NCBI GenBank assembly: GCA_965202985.1
Contig: CBDBCF010000001.1
Span: forward strand, 992,001 to 1,056,000
Source: Longimicrobiales bacterium
Lineage (GTDB): Bacteria > Gemmatimonadota > Gemmatimonadetes > Longimicrobiales > Gaopeijiaceae
Length of the DNA: 64,000 nucleotides
Reading direction: 5' to 3'
Both the position numbers and the translations under genes were made by a program. Each line of letters begins with the position of its first letter. The stretch's first letter is position 1. The notes below the pieces were generated by a model that saw nothing but the letters and a program-made list of their open reading frames with translations, was not told the origin of the DNA and ran no database searches. Of this stretch, positions 47,823 through 58,540 are shown piece by piece.

Positions 47823-48122
47823 GTGAACGAACGCGAAGCACCTTCGCTGGACTGTCGAAGCTTCCTGCGGGGCTACTCCGACTACCGGGACGGCCGGATC
47901 GCCGCCGGCGCCGAAGCGGCCATGACGGCGCACATGGCCTCGTGTCCGTCGTGCCGACGGTACGACCGCGCCGTCAGACGAGGCGTGGCCGTCCTTCGGG
48001 AAGCGCCGACGCCCGAACCTCGGCCGCTGGACGTGGCGCAGGTCCGGCTTCTTGCCCGGAGCGCCGGACGCTCCTCGTCCTCGTCGACCGACCCCAGCGA
48101 GGGCGCCCCGGAGTTCTGCTAG
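47823..48122 (+). CDS. Zinc-binding anti-sigma (zf-HC2) domain protein
   Basis: C..F...YSDYRDG...HMASCPSC (HxxxCxxC); follows the ECF sigma; no TM segment. Confidence 0.75.
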   Translation: MNEREAPSLDCRSFLRGYSDYRDGRIAAGAEAAMTAHMASCPSCRRYDRAVRRGVAVLREAPTPEPRPLDVAQVRLLARSAGRSSSSSTDPSEGAPEFC

Positions 48123-48145
48123 CGGCTCTGCCCGACAACGGCGGC

Positions 48146-49144
48146 GTGGCAAAGGCGACGGACGGGGGCGGAGTATTCTTCCTGCACGGCGAAGACGAGT
48201 ACAGGAAGCTGGAAGCGGCGCGGGGCTTGGTGGAACGCTACCTGGACCCGACAACCCGCGAGTTCAACTTCGACCGCCTCGATGGTTCGGCCACCACGGT
48301 GGAGCGGCTGGCCTCCGTCGTTGCCACGCCCCCGATGATCGCGGAGTGGCGCGTCGTCCACGTGAAGGAGACCGAAGCGTTCGCGGCCAGCCCGAAGGCG
48401 CGGACCGTCCTCTTGGATGCGGCCCGGAACCCTCCGCCGGGACTGGTGCTGATCCTTCAGGCCACGTTGCCTGCCCGCTCCAAGGCCAAGTTCTACAAGG
48501 ACCTGGCGAAGCTGGCCGCCACGACGGAGTTCAAGGAAGTGCCGGCTCACGAAGTGCCGGCGTGGCTGGTGGCGTGGGCGCGAGACGAACTGGACGCCAC
48601 GCTGGAGCTCGACGCGGCCCAGGCGCTGGCATCCGCGGCCGGCGCCGATCTGGGCGTGCTCGTGCACGAGGTGAAGAAGCTGTGCGCAATGATCGGCGAG
48701 GGCGAGGCGGTGGACGTGGAGGCGGTCCGCAAGAGCGGGCTGCGGCTTCCGCGACAGGACCGGTGGGGCTGGTTCGACTTGGTGGGGAACCGCCGCATCC
48801 CCGAAGCCGTTCGAGGCTTGGCGATCCTGTTGGAGCAGGGCGAGACGCCAGTGGGACTCGCGATCGGTCTCTCGGTCCAGATGCTCCGCATCGGCGTCGC
48901 GGTGGAGGGAGGCGCCCCGGCGCTCAACCAGGTCTTGCCCCCGTATCAGCGGTTCATGGCCCGTCGCGTGCTGGGCCAAGCCCGTCGCTGGACGCCCGAC
49001 GGCGTGGCGCGCGCCGTGCGGGGACTTCGCCGCCTGGATCAGCTTCTCAAGGCCAGCTCCCTGCCCGGCGGCGTGCTGTTGGAAGAGTGGCTGTGGAGCT
49101 TGACGGCGCCCGAGCGACGAGCGGGCGGCTCGGGGGGCGGATGA
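48146..49144 (+). CDS. holA: DNA polymerase III delta subunit
   Basis: [35 protein letters not shown]. Confidence 0.85.
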   Translation: MAKATDGGGVFFLHGEDEYRKLEAARGLVERYLDPTTREFNFDRLDGSATTVERLASVVATPPMIAEWRVVHVKETEAFAASPKARTVLLDAARNPPPGLVLILQATLPARSKAKFYKDLAKLAATTEFKEVPAHEVPAWLVAWARDELDATLELDAAQALASAAGADLGVLVHEVKKLCAMIGEGEAVDVEAVRKSGLRLPRQDRWGWFDLVGNRRIPEAVRGLAILLEQGETPVGLAIGLSVQMLRIGVAVEGGAPALNQVLPPYQRFMARRVLGQARRWTPDGVARAVRGLRRLDQLLKASSLPGGVLLEEWLWSLTAPERRAGGSGGG

Positions 49145-51519
49145 CGAGCGGCTTGCAGGCCGGGGCGGAGCGGGACGCAGGGGGCGCGGGGAAGCGGGGC
49201 GCGGGCGCTGGGGAGCGGAACGCGGAGGACGCGGGGAAGCGCGAGCTGCAGCTGGCGGTTCGGGGGATGCACTGCGCCGCGTGCGTGGGGTCGGTGGAGA
49301 AGGCGCTGGGGTCGGTGGACGGCGTGACGGAGGCTCGGGTGAACTTGGTCGAGGAGGTGGCCAGGGTCGCGGCGCGTGCGGGGGTGGAGGCGGCCCGGCT
49401 GGTGGAGGCGGTGGACGCCGTCGGCTACGAGGCCGTCGTCCTGACCGGCGCCGACGATGCCCTGGCGGCGGCGCGGGCCCGGGACGAGCGCAGGGACGCC
49501 GATTCGGCGCGGTTCATGGCCAAGTTTCGGCTGGGCGCCGCCTTGGGCGCGCCGGTCGTGGTGGTGGGCCACTGGGAGATGATCCCGGGGCTGCCGCCCA
49601 TGGAGGGACGGGTCCTCCTGGCGGCGTGGTGGTTCTCGGGGCTGGTCGCGCTCCCGATCCTGTTCTACGTGGGCGGCGGCTTCTTCGCGGGCGCCTGGGC
49701 CGCCTGGAAGCGCCGCACCGCCGACATGAACACCCTGGTCGCGCTGGGAACGAGCGCCGCCTGGGCGTACTCGACTGCTGCGGTCTTGGCGCCCGGTCTC
49801 TTTCCCGGGGGCGCGGCGCGTCCCTTTTACGAAGCCGTGGCCGTGGTGATCGCCTTGGTGGTGCTGGGCCAAGCCATGGAGGCGCGCGCCAAGGGGAGGA
49901 CCGCGCGGGCGCTGCGGGCGCTCTTCGACTTGGCCCCCGAGACGGCCGACCGCGTGACCTCGGACGGCCGCACCGAGAACGTGCCCGTAGCCAGCCTGCA
50001 ACCCGGCGACCGAGTGCGCGTGCGCCCCGGCGGGCGCGTCCCCGTGGACGGGCGGGTCGTGTCGGGGGAGAGCGAGGTGGACGAGTCGATGCTGACCGGC
50101 GAGAGCGTCCCCGTTGCCAAGTTCGCAGGCGGAACCGTGACCGGCGGAACCGTCAACGGCACCGGCGCGATGGTGGTGGAGGCCGCCCGCGTGGGCGCCG
50201 AAACAGTGCTGGCCCGGATCGTGGACACGGTTGCGCGGACCCAGGCCGCCAAGCCCCCCGTGCAGCGAACAGTGGACAAGGTGGCGGCGTGGTTCGTGCC
50301 GGCGGTGCTCGTCGTGGCCGCGGGCACCTTTGCGGCATGGTGGCTGGTCGGCCCCGAGCCCAAGCTGGCCTTTGCGTCGACCACGGCGGTCGCGGTGCTG
50401 GTGATCGCGTGTCCCTGCGCCTTGGGGCTCGCCACCCCCATCTCGGTCATGATCGCCGTCGGACAGGCAGCGAGGCACGGCGTCCTGATCCGAAACGGCG
50501 ACGCGCTCCAGAGGGCGCGGAAGGTGGACACGGTGGTGCTGGACAAGACCGGCACGCTCACCACGAACGACCTGGAGGTGACGTTCGCCGCCGAGGCGGG
50601 TGCGAGAGGGCGGAAGGGGACGGGAGGAACGACGGCGGACGCAACGGGCGACGCGAGCTTCGTCGAGGCGGCCGGCGCCGTGGCGGCGGCTTCGGAGCAC
50701 CCGGCCGGCCGCGCCGTGGCTCGATACGCGGCCCGAAGCGGCGCGCCGCCCAAGGAGGCTCTTCACTTCGCCGCGCATCCGGGCCGCGGCGCATCCGGCG
50801 TTGTGGAGGGACGGCGAGTGCTGCTGGGGTCGCCGTCGTTCCTGGCCGAAGCCGGCGTGAGCACGGAGCCGTTGGACGCAGCGCTGGGGCAGATTGCGGA
50901 ACGGGGAGAGACGCCGGTGGCGGTGGCGGTGAACGGAGCGGCGGCGGGCGTGTTCGGGGCGGCCGGGGCTCTGCGCGACGGGGCGGCCGATGCGGTGGGG
51001 CGGCTTGCGGCGGTGGGCGTCGAGCCCGTCATGCTCACGGGCGACACGGAGGAGTCGGCCGCCCAGGTGGCGCGGGCCACAGGCATCCGGCGCGTGCGAG
51101 CGCGCCTTTCGCCGGAAGAGAAGAGACGCGAAGTACGGGCTCTGCAGCGGCAGGGCCGGGTGGTGGCCATGGTGGGCGACGGGATCAACGACGCGCCCGC
51201 GCTGGCGGCGGCCGACGTGGGCATCGCCATGGGGAGCGGCGCCGAGGCGGCCGTTCGGACCGGCGACGTGGCCTTGCTGGGGGACTCGCTGCGGGGCGTG
51301 GAGACACTGTTGCGGATATCCCGGGCCGCGCAGCGGAACATCGCCCAGAACTTGGCCGGGGCGTTCGCCTACAACGTGGCGGGGATACCCGTCGCCGCAG
51401 GCGTCCTTTACCCGTCCGCGGGACTGCTCCTGTCACCTATGATCGCGGGCGCCGCCATGGCCTTTAGTTCGGTCACGGTCGTCGCGAACGCGAACCGACT
51501 GCGCAGGCGCCTTGGTTGA
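49141..51519 (+). CDS. copA: Cu(I)-type P1B ATPase
   Basis: [41 protein letters not shown] and M..SS TM motifs. Confidence 0.92.
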   Translation: MTSGLQAGAERDAGGAGKRGAGAGERNAEDAGKRELQLAVRGMHCAACVGSVEKALGSVDGVTEARVNLVEEVARVAARAGVEAARLVEAVDAVGYEAVVLTGADDALAAARARDERRDADSARFMAKFRLGAALGAPVVVVGHWEMIPGLPPMEGRVLLAAWWFSGLVALPILFYVGGGFFAGAWAAWKRRTADMNTLVALGTSAAWAYSTAAVLAPGLFPGGAARPFYEAVAVVIALVVLGQAMEARAKGRTARALRALFDLAPETADRVTSDGRTENVPVASLQPGDRVRVRPGGRVPVDGRVVSGESEVDESMLTGESVPVAKFAGGTVTGGTVNGTGAMVVEAARVGAETVLARIVDTVARTQAAKPPVQRTVDKVAAWFVPAVLVVAAGTFAAWWLVGPEPKLAFASTTAVAVLVIACPCALGLATPISVMIAVGQAARHGVLIRNGDALQRARKVDTVVLDKTGTLTTNDLEVTFAAEAGARGRKGTGGTTADATGDASFVEAAGAVAAASEHPAGRAVARYAARSGAPPKEALHFAAHPGRGASGVVEGRRVLLGSPSFLAEAGVSTEPLDAALGQIAERGETPVAVAVNGAAAGVFGAAGALRDGAADAVGRLAAVGVEPVMLTGDTEESAAQVARATGIRRVRARLSPEEKRREVRALQRQGRVVAMVGDGINDAPALAAADVGIAMGSGAEAAVRTGDVALLGDSLRGVETLLRISRAAQRNIAQNLAGAFAYNVAGIPVAAGVLYPSAGLLLSPMIAGAAMAFSSVTVVANANRLRRRLG

Positions 51520-51579
51520 TTGCGCCCACGTCGGCGCAATACTTTGGTCCCGTTGTCCCCGTCTAGCATCGGTAGTGCC

Positions 51580-54225
51580 TTGGCCAATTCAGCCCGCGGC
51601 TCCGAGACGCCGCTCATGCGGCAGTGGCGCGAAGTCAAGTCCCGCCACAGGGACGCCCTTGTGTTCTTTCGGGTCGGCGACTTCTACGAGATGTTCTGCG
51701 ACGACGCGGAGGAAGGCGCCCGCCTGCTGGGGCTGACCCTGACCACCCGCAACAACGGCGCCGCCGGACGCGTGCCGTTGGCGGGCATTCCCGTGAAGGC
51801 GTTGGACGAATACTTGGCGCGCCTGGTCTCGCTGGGGCAGCGGGTCGCGATCTGCGAGCAGATGGAAGACCCCGCCAAGGCCAAGGGGATCGTTCGCCGA
51901 GAGGTGGTGGAGACGGTCACGCCGGGCACGGTGCTGTCCGGCGGCCTCTTGGACGCGAAGCGGAATAACTTCATCGTGGCGGCGGCACCGTTCGGCCGGC
52001 CGGCGGGAGGCCAGGTCGCGGGGTCGGCCCAGGGCGGCGCCGGGGCGCAGGCAGGCGGCGCGGTCGGGGCGCGGGTCGGCGTGGCCGCCTTGGACGTGTC
52101 CACGGCGGAGCTCGTGGTCCTGGAGTCCGCCGAAGCGTACTTGGACGAGGTCCTGGACCGCTTCGAGCCGCGCGAGATCCTGGTCCCCGAGTCATGGGAA
52201 GCCCTTGCGCCCCGCCGTCCGCCCGCCGTGCTCACCATCCGGCCCGACTGGCTGTTCGGCCTGGAGGCGGCCCAGGACGAGCTTGTGCGGCGCTATCGCG
52301 TCCAGTCGCTGGACGGCTTCGGCTTCGAGCGGGGCGACGATGCGCTGGTCTGCGCGGCCGGCGCCGTGGTCGCGTACGTGGAGGAGATCCGCCCCGGAGC
52401 TTCCGGCCACCTGCGGGCGCCCCGAGTCGAGCGTCCCCACGCGTTCATGACCCTGGACTCGATGACGCGCCGGAACCTGGAGCTGGTAGAGCCCCTGCGC
52501 GGGGGCGACGGCGGCACGTCGCTCCTGTCGGTGCTGGACGCCACGCGGACGCCCATGGGCAGCCGCCTGTTGAGAAGCTGGCTGCTGGCGCCGTTGGTGG
52601 ACCCCCAAGCGCTGGAGCGGCGCCAGTTCGGCGTGGCGGAGCTCGTGGACGCCCCGTCCGCCCGAACCGCCCTGCGCGACTCCCTGGGCAAGGTCCGGGA
52701 CCTGGACCGGCTGGCCACGCGCATCGGGTCCGAACATGCGGGGCCGCGCGAGCTGCTGGCCCTGGGAGAGTCCGCGCGCCAGCTTCCGGCGCTCGCGGCG
52801 TCGGGCGCCGAACTGGAGAGCGAGGTCCTGGCGACGCTCTGCCGGGAGCTGGACACCTTGGCCGACTTGGAATCGCTGGTGGGGCGAGCGATCTCGGCGG
52901 ACGCGCCGGCTACGCTGGCGGACGGCGGGGTGATCCACGCCGGGTTCGACTCCGAGCTCGACGAGCTGCGGCGCGCGCGCGACGGTGCGCAGGAGTTCAT
53001 CGCCGGACTCCAAGCCCGAGAACGGGAACAGACGGGGATCGCGTCGCTTCGCGTCGGCTTCAACAAGGTGTTCGGCTACTACCTGGAAGTCACCAAGCCC
53101 AACCTGCCTCGCGTTCCGCCGCGCTTCGCCCGACGTCAGACGCTGACCAACGCCGAGCGCTTCGTAACCGCCGAGCTCAAGGAGTGGGAAGAAAAGGTGT
53201 TCGGGGCCGAGGACCGAATCGCCCAGCTCGAGCAGCGCCTGTTCCGCCGAGTGCGCAGCGAGCTGGCCCAGGCGGTTCCGCGCATTCGCGAGACCGCGCG
53301 GCGGGCGGCGGCGCTGGACGTGTTGGCCGCGCTGGCGGAGGTGGCGGAGTCCCACGGCTACGTGCGTCCGAAGGTGACGGACCAGTTCGCCTACCAAGTG
53401 ACGGCAGGCCGGCACCCCGTGGTCGAGACCGTGATGCCGCGCGAGGACTTCATTCCCAACGACCTGTGCCTGGACGACGACGGACGCGTCGTGATCCTCA
53501 CCGGCCCCAACATGGCCGGAAAGAGCACCGTGCTGCGCCAGACGGGACTGATCCAGATCATGGCGCAGATGGGATCGTTCGTGCCCGCGGCGAAGGCTTC
53601 CCTGGGCATCTGCGACCGGGTCTTCACGCGGGTCGGCGCGTCCGACAGCTTGGCCCGCGGCCAGTCCACGTTCATGGTCGAGATGAACGAGACCGCGTCG
53701 ATCATTCACGGCGCCACCGAGCGAAGCCTGGTCCTGCTGGACGAGATCGGCCGCGGCACGTCCACCTACGACGGAGTCTCCATTGCGTGGGCGGTTACCG
53801 AGTACCTTCACGAGCAGGTAGGCGCCAAGACCGTCTTCGCCACGCACTACCACGAACTGACCCAGTTGAGCGACCTTCTTTCATGCGTCAAAAACCTGAA
53901 CGTGGCGGTCCGCGAGTCGGGCGACTGCATCGTCTTTCTGCGCAGGTTGGAGAAGGGCGGCGCGGACAGGTCCTACGGCATCCAGGTGGCGCGACTGGCC
54001 GGGTTCCCGCCGGAGCTGGTGGCGCGAGCCGCGGAGCTGTTGTCCGAGCTGGAAGGCGTTCCGCGGGAAGCGGCGACACCGGTGGCGGGTCCGGCCGGCG
54101 CGCAACTTTCGCTCTTCGGGGGCGAGCACCCGGTGTTGGAGCGGCTTCGAGCTCTGGACCCCGAGCGCATGACCCCGATCGACGCCCTCAACATGCTCCA
54201 GTCCTTGCGCGCTTCGGCGGTGTGA
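51580..54225 (+). CDS. mutS: DNA mismatch repair protein MutS
   Basis: TPLMRQW, FRVGDFYEMF, TRRNLEL, GPNMAGKST, STFMVEM, DEIGRGTST, FATHYHEL, SYGI; start uncertain (51520-51616). Confidence 0.97.
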   Translation: MANSARGSETPLMRQWREVKSRHRDALVFFRVGDFYEMFCDDAEEGARLLGLTLTTRNNGAAGRVPLAGIPVKALDEYLARLVSLGQRVAICEQMEDPAKAKGIVRREVVETVTPGTVLSGGLLDAKRNNFIVAAAPFGRPAGGQVAGSAQGGAGAQAGGAVGARVGVAALDVSTAELVVLESAEAYLDEVLDRFEPREILVPESWEALAPRRPPAVLTIRPDWLFGLEAAQDELVRRYRVQSLDGFGFERGDDALVCAAGAVVAYVEEIRPGASGHLRAPRVERPHAFMTLDSMTRRNLELVEPLRGGDGGTSLLSVLDATRTPMGSRLLRSWLLAPLVDPQALERRQFGVAELVDAPSARTALRDSLGKVRDLDRLATRIGSEHAGPRELLALGESARQLPALAASGAELESEVLATLCRELDTLADLESLVGRAISADAPATLADGGVIHAGFDSELDELRRARDGAQEFIAGLQAREREQTGIASLRVGFNKVFGYYLEVTKPNLPRVPPRFARRQTLTNAERFVTAELKEWEEKVFGAEDRIAQLEQRLFRRVRSELAQAVPRIRETARRAAALDVLAALAEVAESHGYVRPKVTDQFAYQVTAGRHPVVETVMPREDFIPNDLCLDDDGRVVILTGPNMAGKSTVLRQTGLIQIMAQMGSFVPAAKASLGICDRVFTRVGASDSLARGQSTFMVEMNETASIIHGATERSLVLLDEIGRGTSTYDGVSIAWAVTEYLHEQVGAKTVFATHYHELTQLSDLLSCVKNLNVAVRESGDCIVFLRRLEKGGADRSYGIQVARLAGFPPELVARAAELLSELEGVPREAATPVAGPAGAQLSLFGGEHPVLERLRALDPERMTPIDALNMLQSLRASAV

Positions 54226-54608
54226 AGCGCTTCGGCGGCGCGAAGCGGTGCTGTTTGCTGCTGTTCGCCCTCGGTTGCGCCGACGACGGGGGCGTCGAGC
54301 AGCCCCGGCCTCTGGCGGGCGATCCTCCTGTCGAGTATCCCGTGGAACTCTGGGAGCAGGACGTGGAGGGCGTCGTGCTGTTGCGGGTTCTGGTGAACGA
54401 GGAGGGGCGCGCGGACAGCGTGGAGTTGGCGGAGAGCAGCGGCCACGCGATGCTGGACTCGGCGGCGGCAAGCGGGATCGAGGCCATGAACTTCGAGCCG
54501 GCGCGGCGCCGAGCGGACGGAGCGGCCCAGGCCGCCTGGGTTCGGGTGCCCGTGACGTTCTCGAAAGCGCCCCCGGCGGACAGCGGTGCCCAGCGACGCC
54601 CTTCCTGA
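54222..54608 (+). CDS. TonB C-terminal domain protein
   Basis: YP...EGVVLLRVLVNEEG...ESSG..LDSAA...FEPA...VPVTF; GTGA overlap with mutS. Confidence 0.8.
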   Translation: MKRFGGAKRCCLLLFALGCADDGGVEQPRPLAGDPPVEYPVELWEQDVEGVVLLRVLVNEEGRADSVELAESSGHAMLDSAAASGIEAMNFEPARRRADGAAQAAWVRVPVTFSKAPPADSGAQRRPS

Positions 54609-56001
54609 CGTGGAGGCGCGCCACCGCCGGCCCTACGAGCACGTCATGGAGCTGGTGGGATGGACGCCCCTGGTCCGCTTGACGCGCGTCGGCGGCGACC
54701 TTCGCAGTCGCGTGTACGGCAAGGCCGAGTTCATGAATCCGGGCGGTTCCGTCAAGGACCGGATCGGACTGGCCATGATCGAAGCCGCCGAAGCCGACGG
54801 TCGCCTAAAGCCGGGGGGAACAATCGTGGAGGGAACCAGCGGCAACACGGGGCTGGCCCTGGCCATGGCGGCCGCCTCTAGGGGCTACCGCTGCGTGTTC
54901 ACCATGCCCGACAAGATGAGCCAAGAGAAGGTCAAGCTCCTTCGGGCGTTCGGCGCCGAAGTGGTCATTACGCCGACGGCGGTGCCGCCGGACCATCCGG
55001 ACCACTACGTGAACCGGGCCAAGTCGATCGCGGAGGCCACTTCCGGCGGCTTTCTGGCGGACCAGTTCTACAACCGAGCCAACCCGGAAGCCCACTACCG
55101 CACCACCGGCCCCGAGATCTGGGAGCAGACGGAGGGCGCCGTGACACACTTCTTCGCGGGGGCGGGCACGGGCGGCACCATATCCGGGACGGGCAAGTAC
55201 CTGAAGGAGCGCAACCCCGACGTGCAGGTGATCGGCGTGGACCCGGTGGGATCTGTGCTGGCCGGCTACCACGCCACGGGCCGGACGGGCGAAGGCGCGC
55301 CCTACAAGGTGGAAGGGCTTGGAAACGACAAGGTCCCGGGCACGCTGGACCTGGAGTACGTGGACGAATACGTGACCGTGACGGACGGCGAGTCCTTTCG
55401 GATGGCTCGGCGCCTGGTCGTCGAGGAAGGGCTTTTCGTGGGGGGATCCAGCGGCTTGATCGTGCATGCGGCGGTGCAGCGGGCCCGGCGGATCGACGAC
55501 CCGGACGCTTGCGTGGTCGCGGTCCTGTGCGACTGGGGCGAACGGTACCTGACCAAGCAGTACGACGACGAGTGGATGCGGAACAACGGCTTCTTGGAGG
55601 AGCGCCGGAAGACGGTGGCGGAGATGGCGGCCTCGAAGCCGGACCGACTGCCCGGGCTGGTGACGGCGTCGCCCGACATGCCCGTGCGCATGGCGGTCTC
55701 CACGCTGTCGTCCCACAACGTGTCGCAACTGCCGGTCATGGTGGACGGCGAGTGCGTGGGCAGCGTGGCGGAGCGCGAACTCATGACGCGGGTCTTGGCG
55801 GACCAGGACGTGCTGGACGCCCCGGTCGAGTCGGTCATGGAGGGGCCCTACCCGATCTTGGACGAGCAGGCCGATGCCGGGGCGGCCACGCGGCTGCTGG
55901 TCGGCGGCGCCCAGGCCGTGCTGATTCGCGCGAGCGGGCAGGTGGCCGGCATCGTGACCAGCCACGACTTGGTGCGCGCGCTGGCGGCGTCTCCCGCTTG
56001 A
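54586..56001 (+). CDS. Cystathionine beta-synthase family protein with C-terminal CBS domains
   Basis: KAEFMNPGGSVKDR, EGTSGNTG, GAGTGGT, GGSSG; CBS pair with SQLPV and GIVT. Confidence 0.9.
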   Translation: MPSDALPDVEARHRRPYEHVMELVGWTPLVRLTRVGGDLRSRVYGKAEFMNPGGSVKDRIGLAMIEAAEADGRLKPGGTIVEGTSGNTGLALAMAAASRGYRCVFTMPDKMSQEKVKLLRAFGAEVVITPTAVPPDHPDHYVNRAKSIAEATSGGFLADQFYNRANPEAHYRTTGPEIWEQTEGAVTHFFAGAGTGGTISGTGKYLKERNPDVQVIGVDPVGSVLAGYHATGRTGEGAPYKVEGLGNDKVPGTLDLEYVDEYVTVTDGESFRMARRLVVEEGLFVGGSSGLIVHAAVQRARRIDDPDACVVAVLCDWGERYLTKQYDDEWMRNNGFLEERRKTVAEMAASKPDRLPGLVTASPDMPVRMAVSTLSSHNVSQLPVMVDGECVGSVAERELMTRVLADQDVLDAPVESVMEGPYPILDEQADAGAATRLLVGGAQAVLIRASGQVAGIVTSHDLVRALAASPA

Positions 56002-56009
56002 GCGCTCCC

Positions 56010-57068
56010 ATGCACGTGGTCGTCTTGATGGGCGGGACCTCCGAGGAACGCGGCGTGTCTTTGGCCAGCGGCTGTCAGGTCGCCCGAGCGTTGCGCTCCG
56101 TCGGACACCGCGTGGACGGGGTCGATTCCGCCACGGGCTTGGTGTCGCCGGCCTTCGAGGAGCGCATCCTGGAATCGGGGATCGGGAGGGCCGACGCGAC
56201 GGCGCCCGCGGTGCTCGGCGGCGGACTCGTGGATGCCCGCGTCTTGGCTTCCGAGCCGGTCGTGCGGCAGGCCGACGTGGTCTTTCTGGCCCTTCACGGA
56301 GGCGCCGGCGAAGACGGCACGGTGCAGACGCTGTTGGAGACCGGCGGCGTGCCGTATGCGGGAAGCGGCCCGGTCGGCTGCGCGCTGGCCATGGACAAGG
56401 ACCTGACGAAGCGGCTTCTGCGGGACGCGGGCATCCCGACGCCGGACTGGGTGGTGGTCGGGCCGGACGGCCAGCGGAACGACCACGGGGGCGGCGGCGC
56501 TGACGCGGCGACCCGCCTGGGGCTTCCCCTAGTGGTCAAGCCCGTCTCGGGAGGTTCGTCCGTGCGGCTTGCCCTGGCCCGCACGGAGGCCGAGAGCGCC
56601 CGGGCCCAGGCGGACGCGGCGGGCACCGGCGACGCGGTCATGTGCGAGGCCTACGTGAAAGGACGCGAATTCACGGTCGGCGTGCTGGACGGCGAGGCGC
56701 TGCCTGTGGTGCAGATCGAACCCGCGCGCGAGCTGTTCGACTTCGACTGCAAGTACGAAGACGGGATGGCCCGGGAGACGGCTCCGGCCCCGATTCCCCC
56801 GGAACTGGCTGCGGCACTGCAGACCTCCGCCGTGCGCGTCCATCGCCTGCTCGGGCTGCGCCACTTTTCGCGCGTGGACTTCATGGTGGACCCGGACGGC
56901 ACGGCTTGGTGCCTGGAGGCCAACGCCCTGCCGGGGCTGACGCGCAACAGCCTGCTGCCGAAGGCCGCCGCCGCCGCCGGAATCGCCTTCCCGGCCCTGT
57001 GCGAACGCATCTGCCGGCTGGGCATGCGCCGCGGCGCCGGGCGGTTCGGGCCGGCGGACGGCCCCTGA
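56010..57068 (+). CDS. ddl: D-alanine--D-alanine ligase
   Basis: GGTSEERGVSLASG, LHGGAGEDG, MDK, VKP..GGSS, DFDCKY, RVDF, LEANALPG. Confidence 0.92.
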   Translation: MHVVVLMGGTSEERGVSLASGCQVARALRSVGHRVDGVDSATGLVSPAFEERILESGIGRADATAPAVLGGGLVDARVLASEPVVRQADVVFLALHGGAGEDGTVQTLLETGGVPYAGSGPVGCALAMDKDLTKRLLRDAGIPTPDWVVVGPDGQRNDHGGGGADAATRLGLPLVVKPVSGGSSVRLALARTEAESARAQADAAGTGDAVMCEAYVKGREFTVGVLDGEALPVVQIEPARELFDFDCKYEDGMARETAPAPIPPELAAALQTSAVRVHRLLGLRHFSRVDFMVDPDGTAWCLEANALPGLTRNSLLPKAAAAAGIAFPALCERICRLGMRRGAGRFGPADGP

Positions 57069-57095
57069 TCCAGCGCGCGGCTTGCGTCTGACGCC

Positions 57096-58508
57096 GTGCC
57101 GCGGCCTCGGCGCGTGACGGGCCGCGAGTCGTGGTGGCAGGTCCTCGTTCACGCGGTACGCGGCACGGGCGGAGACCCGACCAGCGGACCGCTCGCGCGG
57201 GCGGTCGTGCTCCTGGCGGTCCCCATGGTGCTGGAGATGGTCATGGAGTCGCTCTTCGCGGTGGTGGACATCTTCTTCGTGTCCAGGCTGGGCGACGCGG
57301 CCATGGCCGCGGTGGGTCTCACCGAATCGATGCTGACGCTGGTCTACACGGTCGCCATGGGACTGAGCATCGGCACCACCGCCATGGTGGCGCGGCGCAC
57401 CGGAGAGGGGAACCGAGAGGGGGCGGCCCGAGCCACGGTCCAGGCCGTGGTCCTGGGGTTCGGCGTGGCGGCCCTGATCGGCGTCGCCGGCGCCGTGTTC
57501 GCGCCCGACCTCCTTCGCCTCATGGGCGCCGACGAGACCGTCGTGGAGACGGGCACGTCCTACACGCGCGTCCTGCTGGGCGGCAACGTCGTGATCATGC
57601 TTCTGTTTCTGCAGAACGCGGCCTTTCGCGGGGCCGGAGATGCGGCCACCGCCATGCGCGTGCTTTGGCTTGCCAACGGGCTGAACATCGTCCTGGACCC
57701 ACTGCTCATCTTCGGCGTGGGACCGTTCCCCGAGATGGGCGTCCAGGGCGCGGCCGTGGCGACCACGATCGGGCGGGGCGTCGCAGTGGCGGCCCAGATG
57801 TACGTGCTGCTCCGCCGGGGCGGGAACCTGCGCGTTCGTCGGTCGCACCTGAAAGTTCGGCTCGCCGTCATGGCTCAGCTCGTACGCCTGTCCGCCACCG
57901 GCGCGCTCCAGACCTTGATCGGAACCGCCAGCTGGATACTGCTGACCCGGGTCACTGCGGCGTTCGGGCCGGCCGCGGTGGCCGGATACGTGATCGGCAT
58001 CCGCATCGTCCTTTTCGCTCTGCTGCCGGCGTGGGGGCTGTCCAACGCCGCGGCCACGATGGTGGGGCAGAGCTTGGGCGCGGGTCGCCCGGAACGCGCG
58101 GAGCGAGCGGTGTGGCTGGCCTGCAAGATGAACTTGGCGTTCCTGGGCGTCGTCGGCGTCGCGTTCTTCGCGCTCGCGCCGGTGCTGGTGAGCCTTTTCG
58201 GCGGCTCCGCAGATGCGGGGGAGGTGGCAGCCAGCTGTTTGCGGATCGTGGCCGCGGGCTTCTTCTTCTACGCCTACGGGATGGTGCTCACCGCTGCCTT
58301 CAACGGAGCGGGGGCCGTGTGGACGCCTACGTTGATCAACCTTTTCTGCTTCTGGTTGTGGGAGGTGCCGCTGGCGTGGCTCTTCGCCTTTCCCCTGGGC
58401 TTGGGACCCAACGGCGTGTTCGTCGCCATCACGATCGCCTTCTCGACCCTGGCGGTGGTGAGCGGCGTGCTCTTCAAGAGGGGCTCGTGGAAGGAGGCGC
58501 GGGCCTGA
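57096..58508 (+). CDS. MATE family efflux transporter
   Basis: LAVPM...VDIFFVSRLG..AMAAVG, RGAGD, NIVLDPLLIFG, GAAVAT; about 12 TMs. Confidence 0.92.
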   Translation: MPRPRRVTGRESWWQVLVHAVRGTGGDPTSGPLARAVVLLAVPMVLEMVMESLFAVVDIFFVSRLGDAAMAAVGLTESMLTLVYTVAMGLSIGTTAMVARRTGEGNREGAARATVQAVVLGFGVAALIGVAGAVFAPDLLRLMGADETVVETGTSYTRVLLGGNVVIMLLFLQNAAFRGAGDAATAMRVLWLANGLNIVLDPLLIFGVGPFPEMGVQGAAVATTIGRGVAVAAQMYVLLRRGGNLRVRRSHLKVRLAVMAQLVRLSATGALQTLIGTASWILLTRVTAAFGPAAVAGYVIGIRIVLFALLPAWGLSNAAATMVGQSLGAGRPERAERAVWLACKMNLAFLGVVGVAFFALAPVLVSLFGGSADAGEVAASCLRIVAAGFFFYAYGMVLTAAFNGAGAVWTPTLINLFCFWLWEVPLAWLFAFPLGLGPNGVFVAITIAFSTLAVVSGVLFKRGSWKEARA

Positions 58509-58540
58509 CCAGAGGCCGGGCCCGACCGGCCCTCCCGGAC

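Noticed and set aside
46366..54247. Short duplications and low-complexity inserts (Nudix GSEDRA x2, CopA N-terminal duplicate, MutS Gly/Ala insert, 18-bp duplicate at the mutS/TonB junction)
   Set aside because: Two-copy slippage events in termini or loops, with no common sequence and no sign of a mobile repeat family.
56010..57068. Ligase as a VanA-like or D-Ala-D-Lac resistance enzyme
   Set aside because: The omega loop retains KY (DFDCKY), and there are no vanH/vanX/vanR neighbours.
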